The translations under genes were made by a program, and so were the position numbers. This document shows, piece after piece, positions 8,936 to 17,241 of a stretch of DNA of 41,912 bases (position 1 is the first letter of the stretch; each line of letters begins with the position of its first letter). The notes beneath the pieces are model-generated. The model saw nothing but the letters and a program-made list of their open reading frames with translations, did not search any database and had not been told where the DNA came from. Source of the stretch: a virus (taxonomy: Duplodnaviria; Caudoviricetes); IMG/VR virus record IMGVR_UViG_3300044274_000290, positions 1 through 41,912 of that record, one strand, 5' to 3'.

Positions 8936-9274
8936 GTGCCGGTTGCCAAGGAGACGCTCGGCTACCCCAGCCGGACGGACGCCGTTCTGGCGTTGCGCGC
9001 ACAGGGATTGAAGCCCGCAATCGTTGCGCAGCGGATCGGCATCCCGGTGAAGACCGTCGCCGCGCTAGAGGCATCCGCCAACCGCCGCGGTACAGGGAGC
9101 AAGCGCCCGCTCGCCACAATCGAGATCACCGTCGACATCCGCGAGCAACTGCGGCCGCATGCCCGCCGTCGCGACACAACGGTCGAGCTGCTCGCGACAC
9201 GCATCCTTCAGACGGTGGCTTTCGCGGAGCTGGTCGACGCGGTCCTCGATGACGCAGAGGAGCTGAAGCAGTGA
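8936..9274 (+). CDS. Hypothetical HTH protein
   Basis: RAQGLKPAIVAQRIGIPVKTV. Confidence 0.7.
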   Translation: MPVAKETLGYPSRTDAVLALRAQGLKPAIVAQRIGIPVKTVAALEASANRRGTGSKRPLATIEITVDIREQLRPHARRRDTTVELLATRILQTVAFAELVDAVLDDAEELKQ

Positions 9275-9510
9275 GCACGATCGATCTCAACCTCAGCGAA
9301 GGTGAACTGGAGACGGCCGTCCTGGACGCATTGGCTGACGAAGACGAGGACATCGACGTGGGCCAGGCCCTTGCCGTGCTGGTTTATGTCGTCGCCGGTC
9401 TCTGCTGTTGCGGCACCACGCTTTCGCCAGACACGCTCGCCTCCCAATTCGCGGTCGCACTGCGAGAGCAGGTCGCCGGCCACGACGACGAGCCGAGGAT
9501 GCTGTCATGA
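9271..9510 (+). CDS. Small acidic hypothetical protein
   Basis: GTGA and ATGA overlaps at its two ends. Confidence 0.6.
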   Translation: MSTIDLNLSEGELETAVLDALADEDEDIDVGQALAVLVYVVAGLCCCGTTLSPDTLASQFAVALREQVAGHDDEPRMLS

Positions 9511-10148
9511 GAGCGCTCGCCACCATCCATGTCGGGCTGAAGCAGCTCGGCATCGAGGACGAGGACGCGCGCGACCTCTATGAGCGCCAGACCGGCAAGC
9601 GCTCGCTGCGCGCCATGTCTGCGGCCGAGCACGACGCCGTCATCGGCGAGCTGCGGCGGCTGGGCTTCACAAAGGCCTCGAACGGCTCTCGAAAGCGGCT
9701 CGAGGGGCGCTTCGCCAAGAAGCTGCAGGCGCTGTGGATCGCGGCCTGGAATCTCGGACTGGTGCGCAACCGCGCCGACGAGGCGCTGATCGCCTTCGTG
9801 AAGCGCCAGACGGGCATCGACCATGTCCGTTTCGTCCGCCACCCGGAAGATGCCGCGCGCGCGATCGAGGCGCTGAAGGCCTGGATGGCGCGCGACGGCG
9901 GCGTCGAGTGGGGCCGCTCCAACGGCTACGAGTTCCTGAAGCATGACGCCGGCAAGATCGCCTGGGCGCAGTTCTGCGCGATCGTCCCCGGCGCGACGCT
10001 GATGGGCAATCGCGACGGCTTCCACCGGATGGTCGGCCAGGCGCTCGGCCGCGACCTGCCGCTCGCCGGCCTGGGCGCGCTGGCGCCCGAGGACTGGCGC
10101 ATCGTGATGAACGCCTTCGGCGCGCGCATCAGGAAGGAACGGGGGTGA
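9507..10148 (+). CDS. gemA: GemA/gp16 (DUF1018) family protein
   Basis: IHVGLKQLG...TGKRSLRAM...KLQALW...IEALKAW. Confidence 0.88.
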   Translation: MRALATIHVGLKQLGIEDEDARDLYERQTGKRSLRAMSAAEHDAVIGELRRLGFTKASNGSRKRLEGRFAKKLQALWIAAWNLGLVRNRADEALIAFVKRQTGIDHVRFVRHPEDAARAIEALKAWMARDGGVEWGRSNGYEFLKHDAGKIAWAQFCAIVPGATLMGNRDGFHRMVGQALGRDLPLAGLGALAPEDWRIVMNAFGARIRKERG

Positions 10149-10609
10149 TGGTCGCCTACAGCTTCGCACCCGAGTTCCGGCCGCAGGTCGCCGCCCTCAT
10201 CAAGCGGCAGACCGTGCGCGCCCACCGCAAGCGCCATGCCCGGCCGGGCGAACCGGTTCAGCTCTATGCGGGCATGCGCACGAAGCACTGCCGCAAGCTG
10301 GTCGACACCGACCCGCTCTGCACGGCCGTGCGGCCGATCGAGATCCATCTCAACAACCTGATCGACGAGCTGGTCGCATCGATCGCCATCGACGGCCGGC
10401 CGCTCAACCGGGACGAGATTGAAGCCTTCGCCGTCGCGGACGGCTTCTCGCCCGAGGTCTTCGAATGGTCCGATACCCGACGCCGTGCGCTCGGCCGCGA
10501 CCTCCAGGCACTGAGGACCGCGCGCGCCAATATGGGACTCTTCTGGCTGCTCACCCATGGCGAGTGCCGGTTCGAGGGCGTCGTCGTCACCTGGGAGCCG
10601 GCGCCATGA
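10148..10609 (+). CDS. ASCH-domain protein
   Basis: YSF...KRQTVR...PGEPVQLYAGMRTK, FAVADGF. Confidence 0.75.
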   Translation: MVAYSFAPEFRPQVAALIKRQTVRAHRKRHARPGEPVQLYAGMRTKHCRKLVDTDPLCTAVRPIEIHLNNLIDELVASIAIDGRPLNRDEIEAFAVADGFSPEVFEWSDTRRRALGRDLQALRTARANMGLFWLLTHGECRFEGVVVTWEPAP

Positions 10610-10917
10610 GCCGGCGTTCCTTCTCGCCCCGCGACCGGCGCCGCCGGGCCGCGCCGCCGGACATGGCGGTCGTGCCGATCGGCGTCTCCGACCACGCCCT
10701 CGTGCGCTACCTGGAACGCGTCCTCGACATCGACATGGAACGGCTGCGCACCGAAATCGGCATCGCCTGCGCGCGTCACCAGGGCGCGCCCTGCGTCAAG
10801 GCGGGCGGTGCCCGCTTCATGATCAGGCACGGCGTGGTGGTGACCGTCATCGACGACCGCACCGTGCCGATGTTCCCGATGCTGGCCGACCTTGCGCGCG
10901 GAGGCCGGGACGAATGA
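10606..10917 (+). CDS. Hypothetical phage protein
   Basis: VSDHALVRYLER...VVVTVI motif; coupled at both ends. Confidence 0.7.
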   Translation: MSRRSFSPRDRRRRAAPPDMAVVPIGVSDHALVRYLERVLDIDMERLRTEIGIACARHQGAPCVKAGGARFMIRHGVVVTVIDDRTVPMFPMLADLARGGRDE

Positions 10918-11300
10918 ACGCGCGGCCGAAGCTCGACGGCAAGGCCCTGAAGGTGCCCGCGCACCTGCAGGGCTATGTCGACGTGCTCGGCATCGACGGC
11001 GCCGTCGAGTTCCTGCTCGCCTTCGGCGGCGGCTACGCCTACCTCTCGCTCAGCCCGACCGAAGACTCGCCGGTCGCCAGGGTGATCGGCCAGGACAAGA
11101 CCGCGCAGCTCGCCCGGCGCGTCGGCGACGGTTCGCTGCGCGTCCCCACCGGCAAGCCCTTTATCGCGGCCGCGCTTCGTGCCAAAGGTGAAGGCGCGAC
11201 GGCGATCGCGCGGCGGCTCCACGTCTCCGACGTTGCCGTGCGCCGCTGGGTCGGCGCGATGGACGACGGCAACCAGCTCTCCCTTTTCCCAGGCGACTAG
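10914..11300 (+). CDS. Mor/C-like late transcription activator
   Basis: YVDVLGIDGAVEFLLAFGG; C-terminal HTH IARRLHVSDVAVRRW; last gene before lysis. Confidence 0.8.
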   Translation: MNARPKLDGKALKVPAHLQGYVDVLGIDGAVEFLLAFGGGYAYLSLSPTEDSPVARVIGQDKTAQLARRVGDGSLRVPTGKPFIAAALRAKGEGATAIARRLHVSDVAVRRWVGAMDDGNQLSLFPGD

Positions 11301-11304
11301 GCCA

Positions 11305-11347
11305 CACACCGTTTCGGCTATTTTTGCGGTGCCGAAGCGGCGACTCT
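11305..11347 (+). promoter_or_regulatory. Late promoter motif, copy 1 (lysis operon)
   Basis: CACACCGTT-N4-CTA-N17-CGGCGACTCT, repeated at 21122. Confidence 0.7.
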
Positions 11348-11405
11348 GCCCGTCAACGAAACGGCCGGGAGATTTCCCCGGCCGCATTCACAGGCGGAGC
11401 CGACA

Positions 11406-12362
11406 ATGCCAGCCACCTCCATGTCCGCGAAGGGCCGCGCCTTTCTGAGGTCGCACGAGGGCGACGTCCTCAAGGCGTATCGCTGCCCGGCCGGCAGGTG
11501 GACCATCGGCGTCGGGCTGACCGCCGCCAGCGGCGTGGTGACGCCGAAAGCCGGCATGGTGATCACCAGGGCGCAGTCCGACCAGCTGCTGGCTCGGGCG
11601 CTGGAGCGCAACTACGAGCCGCGCGTCCGCCAGGCGATGCCCGGCGCCACCGCCTACGAGTTCGACGGCGGCACATCCTTCGACTTCAACACCGGCCGCA
11701 TCCACAATGCCGGCTGGGTGCGGCTGTGGCGCGACAGCGCGCCGGCGAAGGCGATCCGGGCGAGCCTCGGCCAGTGGCGCAAGGGCGGCGGCAAGGTGCT
11801 GCCCGGCCTGGAGCGCCGCCGCGACGAGGAAGCCGACGTCATCCTGCTCAACCGGTATCCGTCGCACATCAAGGTCGTTGAGACGGCCCCGGAGCCGGCG
11901 ACCGGCCGCATGGCCCGCTTCGTGGTTTCGGTGACCGTCGACGAGATCGCCGCCATCCGCGACGGGTTCCGCAAGGTGGGATTCGATCCCGGCCCGATGG
12001 AGAACGCGGTCCTGCGCGAAGCCGTGACGGGCTTCCAGGCGAAATACGACCTCACGGTCGACGGGCTGATCGGCCGCGCCACGCTGTCTGCGCTGCAGCG
12101 CGAACTCGACGCGCGCTCGAAGGGCGCGGCCACGGCCGTGACCGGCGGCGGTGGCGGCGCCGCGGCTGGCGGCAACGAGGCAGTCAATCCGGCGGCCTCG
12201 GACCTGCCCGTCGGCGACCCTTGGGTGACGACGGTCGGCGTCGTCGTTCTTGTCGCGGCGGCCATCTACGGCTGCTGGCTCGCCTGGCGATACCGGGACG
12301 TGATCGCGGCGAAGATGCAGAAGGTTGCGCCCGGCCTCGCCAACTGGCTGCGGAGCTTCTGA
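11406..12362 (+). CDS. Endolysin (GH24-type lysozyme + peptidoglycan-binding domain + C-terminal TM helix)
   Basis: HEG...AYRCPAGRWTIGVG, GLERRR, FQAKYDLTVDGLIGRAT, hydrophobic tail. Confidence 0.92.
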   Translation: MPATSMSAKGRAFLRSHEGDVLKAYRCPAGRWTIGVGLTAASGVVTPKAGMVITRAQSDQLLARALERNYEPRVRQAMPGATAYEFDGGTSFDFNTGRIHNAGWVRLWRDSAPAKAIRASLGQWRKGGGKVLPGLERRRDEEADVILLNRYPSHIKVVETAPEPATGRMARFVVSVTVDEIAAIRDGFRKVGFDPGPMENAVLREAVTGFQAKYDLTVDGLIGRATLSALQRELDARSKGAATAVTGGGGGAAAGGNEAVNPAASDLPVGDPWVTTVGVVVLVAAAIYGCWLAWRYRDVIAAKMQKVAPGLANWLRSF

Positions 12363-12363
12363 G

Positions 12364-12703
12364 ATGGGAAGCTTCGCCCGCCAGCTGGTCCTCATCTTCC
12401 TGCTACACATCCTGGTCGTGCTCGTCGGACTCGGCTTCGGCATGCGCGCCGGCTGGGCGATGGAGTTCTGCTTCGAGGACGCCGACGGCATCATCGCCGC
12501 TCTCGCCGGCCGCTATGGCGAGGCCGACATGGGGGGGGCAGGTAAGCCCAACCACGATCCTGCGCATCTTCGCCTCCCCGGATGGCCGCACCTTCACCAT
12601 CATGCGCATGGCGACCGACGGGTCGGCCTGCATCATCGCGTCGGGCACGAATCTCGAATTCGCGCCGCCGCGACTTCCTCACCCCGACGAAAAGGAAAGC
12701 TGA
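12364..12703 (+). pseudogene. Exported protein split by a frameshift at G8 (12531-12538)
   Basis: Signal peptide + C...LAGRYGE in one frame; ILRIFASPDGRTFTI...CIIASG continues in another. Confidence 0.7.
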
Positions 12704-12704
12704 C

Positions 12705-12914
12705 ATGGACATAAACGCGATTCTCTTTGGGCTCGTCGTCGTGGACGCGACCGCGATCATGCTGCTCGGCCTGGTCTGCGCGATCATGATCCTGCTCGGG
12801 CTCAAAGCCGACTGGTTCTGGGACCGCGTGCCCAACGCGACGATCGTCCTGGTTCTGACCAGTGCCGGCGGCGGGGCGCTCCTGTGGGGCGCCGGCTACC
12901 TGTTCGGCGGCTGA
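12705..12914 (+). CDS. Small two-TM membrane protein in the lysis cluster
   Basis: Two hydrophobic helices; AAGGAAAG RBS. Confidence 0.65.
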   Translation: MDINAILFGLVVVDATAIMLLGLVCAIMILLGLKADWFWDRVPNATIVLVLTSAGGGALLWGAGYLFGG

Positions 12915-12916
12915 CC

Positions 12917-13450
12917 ATGAGCGCGATCGGAGCCATTCTCGTCGGGGTCGCCAGCAAGGTCGGCGCCACACTGGTGAAGGACGTGCTTCACCGCAATCTC
13001 GGCGGCGCGGCCGGAGAGGCCGGTGGCGCGCTCGTCGACAGCGTGATCGGTCGGATCGCGGAAAAGGCTGGCGTGACGCCCGATAAGCTGCCGGACCTGC
13101 CGGAAAAGGAGCTTGAGGACGCCGTGACCGCGACCGAGCCGGACATGCCGGAACTGATCCTCGCCCAGGTCGAGAGCCAGAAGGAGGCGAACCGGCTCCA
13201 GCTGGCAGAGATGGACGACAAGCACCGCCCGGCCTGGACCTGGACCTGGCGGCCGGCAACGATGTGGATGATCGGCTTCATGTGGCTGTGGAGCCTGGTT
13301 GTCGTGCCGCTCGTAAACGCCGTCGCCGGGTCGGACATCCCGATCCACCTCGACAAGCTGGTCTGGCTGACGGTCACCTATCTTGCCCTCTACATGGGCG
13401 GCCACACGATCAAGGCGGGCCTGGCGACCTGGAAGGGCCGCCCGGCATGA
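12917..13450 (+). CDS. Holin (GTA 3TM-holin-like)
   Basis: WTWRPATMW...TYLALYMGGHTIK with TM helices; follows the endolysin. Confidence 0.8.
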   Translation: MSAIGAILVGVASKVGATLVKDVLHRNLGGAAGEAGGALVDSVIGRIAEKAGVTPDKLPDLPEKELEDAVTATEPDMPELILAQVESQKEANRLQLAEMDDKHRPAWTWTWRPATMWMIGFMWLWSLVVVPLVNAVAGSDIPIHLDKLVWLTVTYLALYMGGHTIKAGLATWKGRPA

Positions 13451-13492
13451 TCGAGGCCGGCCAGCCATTCATATTCGACGAGACGGGCGGTG

Positions 13493-13771
13493 CTAGAGGC
13501 CCCCTTCGTCTCGCAACGATACCCATCGCTCCTTCGCCATCTGCGCGATGTTGGTCACGACGGATTGCGAGACTTGCGAAACGCCTGCGGGCCTGGGCTG
13601 CCCGTCCGGGGTCGTCGCATCGTTGAGTTCCGTGATGACCGCGTTCCGATACCGCTCGATCCAGTCGCCGCCCTCGGCTCCCTTCATGCGGGCAATCTCG
13701 ACCAGCACGCGCTGCGTCATCACCATTTGCGCCTGCAGCACGCCGTTGATGAAGTCCTCTGTCGTCGGCAT
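13493..13771 (-). CDS. Antisense accessory protein of unknown function, 92 aa
   Basis: AGGAGG RBS; TAGGCT -10-like hexamer upstream; helical composition. Confidence 0.7.
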   Translation of the reverse strand: MPTTEDFINGVLQAQMVMTQRVLVEIARMKGAEGGDWIERYRNAVITELNDATTPDGQPRPAGVSQVSQSVVTNIAQMAKERWVSLRDEGGL

Positions 13772-13825
13772 CGACACCTCCTCACTTTGGCTCGGCAGCC
13801 TAGCCCGCCTTGCGGAGGTGTCACA

Positions 13826-14056
13826 ATGAACTTCTCCAATGCCGCCTTCGACCAGGCCGACCGGCTCGCCGAGGGCGAGCGCGAGGCCGGCATAGCGAAA
13901 GCGCGCGCCGAAGCGGCGCGCCTTTCGGCCGTGAACGATGACGGGCCGCTGGTGTGCGACTGCGGCGAACCCATTCCCGAGGCCAGGCGCCGCGCGGTGC
14001 CCGGCACCGACAAATGCTTCGACTGCGCGTCGCTGGCAGAAAGGAGACGCGCCTGA
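13826..14056 (+). CDS. TraR/DksA C4 zinc-finger protein
   Basis: CDCGEPIPEARRRAVPGTDKCFDC; GGAGGT RBS. Confidence 0.88.
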   Translation: MNFSNAAFDQADRLAEGEREAGIAKARAEAARLSAVNDDGPLVCDCGEPIPEARRRAVPGTDKCFDCASLAERRRA

Positions 14057-14391
14057 TGGACCTGGAACCGATTTTGCCCTGGCTCGGCGCGATCGCGCTC
14101 ATCGTGACGCTTGTCAAGACGGTCTACGATCTCTTGACACGCGGCTCCGACGACAACGCGGAGGAGCTGAAAAAGCTCGGCGACAAAATCACCGACCACG
14201 ACCGGCGCATCCAGCAGGTCGAGAACGAGCTGAAGCACCTGCCCGACCAGAAGGCGGTCCACGACCTAGCCCTGGCGCTGAAGGACATGCAGGCGGAGAT
14301 CGTCAAGATCGCGTCCTCGGCCGAGCAGTCGGCGCGCACGTCGAAACGCATCGAAGACTACCTGATGTCGCAGAAGAAGGGCGGCGGCTGA
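14056..14391 (+). CDS. DUF2730-like (Mu gp25-like) TM + coiled-coil protein
   Basis: N-terminal TM, RIQQVENELKHLP; synteny. Confidence 0.8.
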   Translation: MDLEPILPWLGAIALIVTLVKTVYDLLTRGSDDNAEELKKLGDKITDHDRRIQQVENELKHLPDQKAVHDLALALKDMQAEIVKIASSAEQSARTSKRIEDYLMSQKKGGG

Positions 14392-14392
14392 C

Positions 14393-14689
14393 ATGGACTA
14401 TCCCGCATTCGCCGAAATGGACGCGCGCCTGGTCATCCTCCGGGCGCTTCATCTTCAGACCGACGGCCGGCTCAACGAGACGCTGCTGACGGCGGAGCTC
14501 GACCGCTTCGGCCATCGCCGCTCGCGGGAATGGGTCCGCACCCAGCTCAACAAGCTTGCCGAGCTCGGCGCGCTGAAGGTGACGGAGGCCGGCACGGTCA
14601 TGATCGCCTCGATCACGCGCTCGGGCGTCGACCATGTCGAGCGGCGCTCGGTCATCGAGGGGATCGCCCGCCCTTCGCCGGAGGCGTGA
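14393..14689 (+). CDS. Mu gp26-like winged-helix protein
   Basis: RLVILRAL...LAELG...ITRSGVDHVE...GIARPSP. Confidence 0.8.
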   Translation: MDYPAFAEMDARLVILRALHLQTDGRLNETLLTAELDRFGHRRSREWVRTQLNKLAELGALKVTEAGTVMIASITRSGVDHVERRSVIEGIARPSPEA

Positions 14690-14690
14690 C

Positions 14691-15299
14691 ATGGCCCCTT
14701 CGATCGGCTCAGGACGCAAGGGCCGCGGCCGGCTCTCGGCGATAGAGCTGCTGCCGCCGGAGGCCGACCAGATCATCGCCTGGGCAGCGGAAGCGCTGCG
14801 CGACCGCGAGCGCACCCAGACGGATATCTACGAGGAGTTCTACACCAGGCTCGAAGCGCTGCAGCGCGAGCACCGCGGCGAGCTTGAGTTCGCGATCCCG
14901 TCACGCTCGGCCTTCAACCGCTACTCGATCAAGCTTGCGACGCTGACCCGGCGCATGGAGGAGACGCGCGAGATTGCAGGCGCGATCGCCAGGCGCTACG
15001 ACGCCGAAGCCTCCGACGACCTGACGCTGATCGCGGCCGAGGCGATCAAGACGCTGGTCTTCGAGGTGGTGACGGCCGCCGGCGAGCACGGCGTCGATCC
15101 CAAGGGCGCCATGCAGCTGGCCACCGCGCTGCGCGCCGCCGCCCAGGCCCAGGGCGTGTCGACGGCGCGGCGGGTGAAGGTGGAGAAGGAGTTCGCCAAG
15201 GACGTCGACGACGCGCTGACCAAGGTCGCCAAGGTGAAGGGTATGACGGCCGACACCGTCGAGGCGATCAAGGAACAGATCCTCGGGGTGCGGAAGTGA
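14691..15299 (+). CDS. DUF3486 / Mu gp27-like terminase small subunit
   Basis: GRLSAIELLP...SRSAFNRY...IKEQILG; precedes the large subunit. Confidence 0.85.
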   Translation: MAPSIGSGRKGRGRLSAIELLPPEADQIIAWAAEALRDRERTQTDIYEEFYTRLEALQREHRGELEFAIPSRSAFNRYSIKLATLTRRMEETREIAGAIARRYDAEASDDLTLIAAEAIKTLVFEVVTAAGEHGVDPKGAMQLATALRAAAQAQGVSTARRVKVEKEFAKDVDDALTKVAKVKGMTADTVEAIKEQILGVRK

Positions 15300-15304
15300 C
15301 GGAG

Positions 15305-15526
15305 CTAAGCGGGACGAAGGAACCTGCCTGGCCGGCCGTGCTGAGCTGCCAGCTCGCAGAAGTGCCGGTGAGCTTCGGCGCTCGTGCCGAAAACCTGTTC
15401 CGGCTCCTCGATGAGGCCGTCGGTGGTTGTCATGCTGTATCGAAGTGCAAAGCCATCGTCGCGACGCTCGACGGTGGCATCCACTCCAGGGAGCCTATCC
15501 TCAGGCACAAAAACCCAGAATGTCAT
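15305..15526 (-). CDS. Antisense accessory protein of unknown function, 73 aa
   Basis: GGAGG RBS 8 nt before the ATG; TGC-TAGACT extended -10-like element. Confidence 0.65.
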   Translation of the reverse strand: MTFWVFVPEDRLPGVDATVERRDDGFALRYSMTTTDGLIEEPEQVFGTSAEAHRHFCELAAQHGRPGRFLRPA

Positions 15527-15564
15527 CGTTTGATCCTCCACATCTCACGGAGGGTCAGTCTAGC

Positions 15565-17241
15565 ATGACCGCGCCGATCACCCAGGCCGATTGGGAGAAG
15601 CTGCGGCGCGAGGCGACCAGGGCGCTGCCCGACGTCGTCGCGGAGCTCGGCCTGCCCAATGTGTTGCTCGAATACCAGGGCGATTCGGTTCGCGCTCTCG
15701 AAAGCGGCACCGCGCTGCTGGTCATCGAGAAGAGCCGCCGCATCGGCCTGACCTGGGGCCTTGCCTCCTATGCCGTGCTGCGCGCCGGCCGGTCGCGCCA
15801 GGCGGGCGGCATGGACGCCATGTATATCTCCTATTCCCAGGAGATGACGCGCGAGTTCATCGACGCCTGCGCGATGTGGGCGCGCGCCTTCAACCAGGCG
15901 GCGCTCGCGGTCGAGGAGTTCCTGTTCGACGACGGCGACAAGGATGGCGACCGCTCGATCCAGGCCTTCCGCATCCGTTTCGCCTCGGGGTTCGAGATCC
16001 TCGCGCTTTCGTCGGCGCCGCGCTCGCTTCGCGGCAAGCAGGGCCTCGTCATCATCGACGAGGCGGCCTTCGTCGACAATCTGAAGGAGCTGCTCAAGGC
16101 GGCGCTCGCCTTCCTGATGTGGGGCGGACAGGTCGTCGTCTGCTCGACCCACAACGGCGTCGACAACGAGTTCAACGTGCTGGTCCAGGACATCAAGGGC
16201 GAGCGCCGCAAGGGCGAGCATCTCAGGATCGACTTCGACGAGGCGCTGAGCCAAGGCCTCTATCAGCGCATCTGCCTGGTCACCGGGGCGGAATGGTCGC
16301 CGGCGGCCGAGGCGAAATGGCGACAGGACATCATCGACTTCTACGCCGACGGTGCCGACGAGGAGCTGTTCTGCATCCCGGCCCAGGGCTCGGGAACCTG
16401 GCTGACCGCGCCGCTGATCGAGGCGCGCATGACGCTCACGCCCGACGAGGCGCCGATCGTTCGCATCGAGCTGCCCGACGATTTCCTGCACCGGCCGAAG
16501 GTCGAGCGCGAGCACCTGCTGGCGCCGCACCTGGACGCCGTCCGCGAGGCGGTCGAGAAGCTGGACGAGCGCAACCTGCATGCGCTGGGCTACGACCCCG
16601 CGCGCGTTGCCGACCCCGCGATCATCGAGCTGCTCTCGATCGACCAGGTCCTCAAGCGCCGCTCCGTGCTGACCGTCGAGATGCGCAAGGTGCCCTTCGA
16701 CGAACAGAAGCGCATCGCCGGCCTCGTCCTGGAGGGCGCGCCGCGGATGATCGGCGCGGCGATCGACGCCACCGGCATGGGCATGAACCTGGCCGAGGAC
16801 CTCGGTCGTGCGTTCGGGCTGCGCGAGGAGGAGGACGGCGCCGGCTTGGTATGGGCGGTCAAGCTGTCGCCCGCCTGGTACAACGAGCACTTCCCGCCGC
16901 TGAAGACCGCCTTCGAAGACGACATGATCGAGCTGGCGCGGGATGCCGAGCACCTGTCGGACCTTCGCCTTGTGAAGATCATCCGCGGCATTCCGCGCAT
17001 CCCCGACCAGCGCGAGGGCGAGACCGGCAAGAAGCGCCACGGCGACTTCGCGGTGGCGCTCGGCCTGGCGCATTTCGCTTCCCGCATGCAGTGGCACGAA
17101 TACGGCTACGAGCCGGTGGCGCCGAAACGGTCGCGGTTCGAGGAACCGGCCGAGCGGGACGGCCGGATGCGCGATTACGCAGACGAGCGCCGCTCGGGCT
17201 TCCGCATGGCCTCCCTGCGGCGCTCTGGAGGACTTCCCTGA
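15565..17241 (+). CDS. terL: Terminase large subunit (Mu gp28-like), 558 aa
   Basis: EKSRRIGLTW, IIDEAAF, STHNG, IDATGMG, HGDFAVA. Confidence 0.95.
   Translation: MTAPITQADWEKLRREATRALPDVVAELGLPNVLLEYQGDSVRALESGTALLVIEKSRRIGLTWGLASYAVLRAGRSRQAGGMDAMYISYSQEMTREFIDACAMWARAFNQAALAVEEFLFDDGDKDGDRSIQAFRIRFASGFEILALSSAPRSLRGKQGLVIIDEAAFVDNLKELLKAALAFLMWGGQVVVCSTHNGVDNEFNVLVQDIKGERRKGEHLRIDFDEALSQGLYQRICLVTGAEWSPAAEAKWRQDIIDFYADGADEELFCIPAQGSGTWLTAPLIEARMTLTPDEAPIVRIELPDDFLHRPKVEREHLLAPHLDAVREAVEKLDERNLHALGYDPARVADPAIIELLSIDQVLKRRSVLTVEMRKVPFDEQKRIAGLVLEGAPRMIGAAIDATGMGMNLAEDLGRAFGLREEEDGAGLVWAVKLSPAWYNEHFPPLKTAFEDDMIELARDAEHLSDLRLVKIIRGIPRIPDQREGETGKKRHGDFAVALGLAHFASRMQWHEYGYEPVAPKRSRFEEPAERDGRMRDYADERRSGFRMASLRRSGGLP

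Noticed and set aside
15591-17240. 1074-aa ORF suggesting a giant portal protein
   Set aside because: The upstream part is an Arg-rich shadow frame over terL; the portal starts at 17241 after a GGAGG RBS
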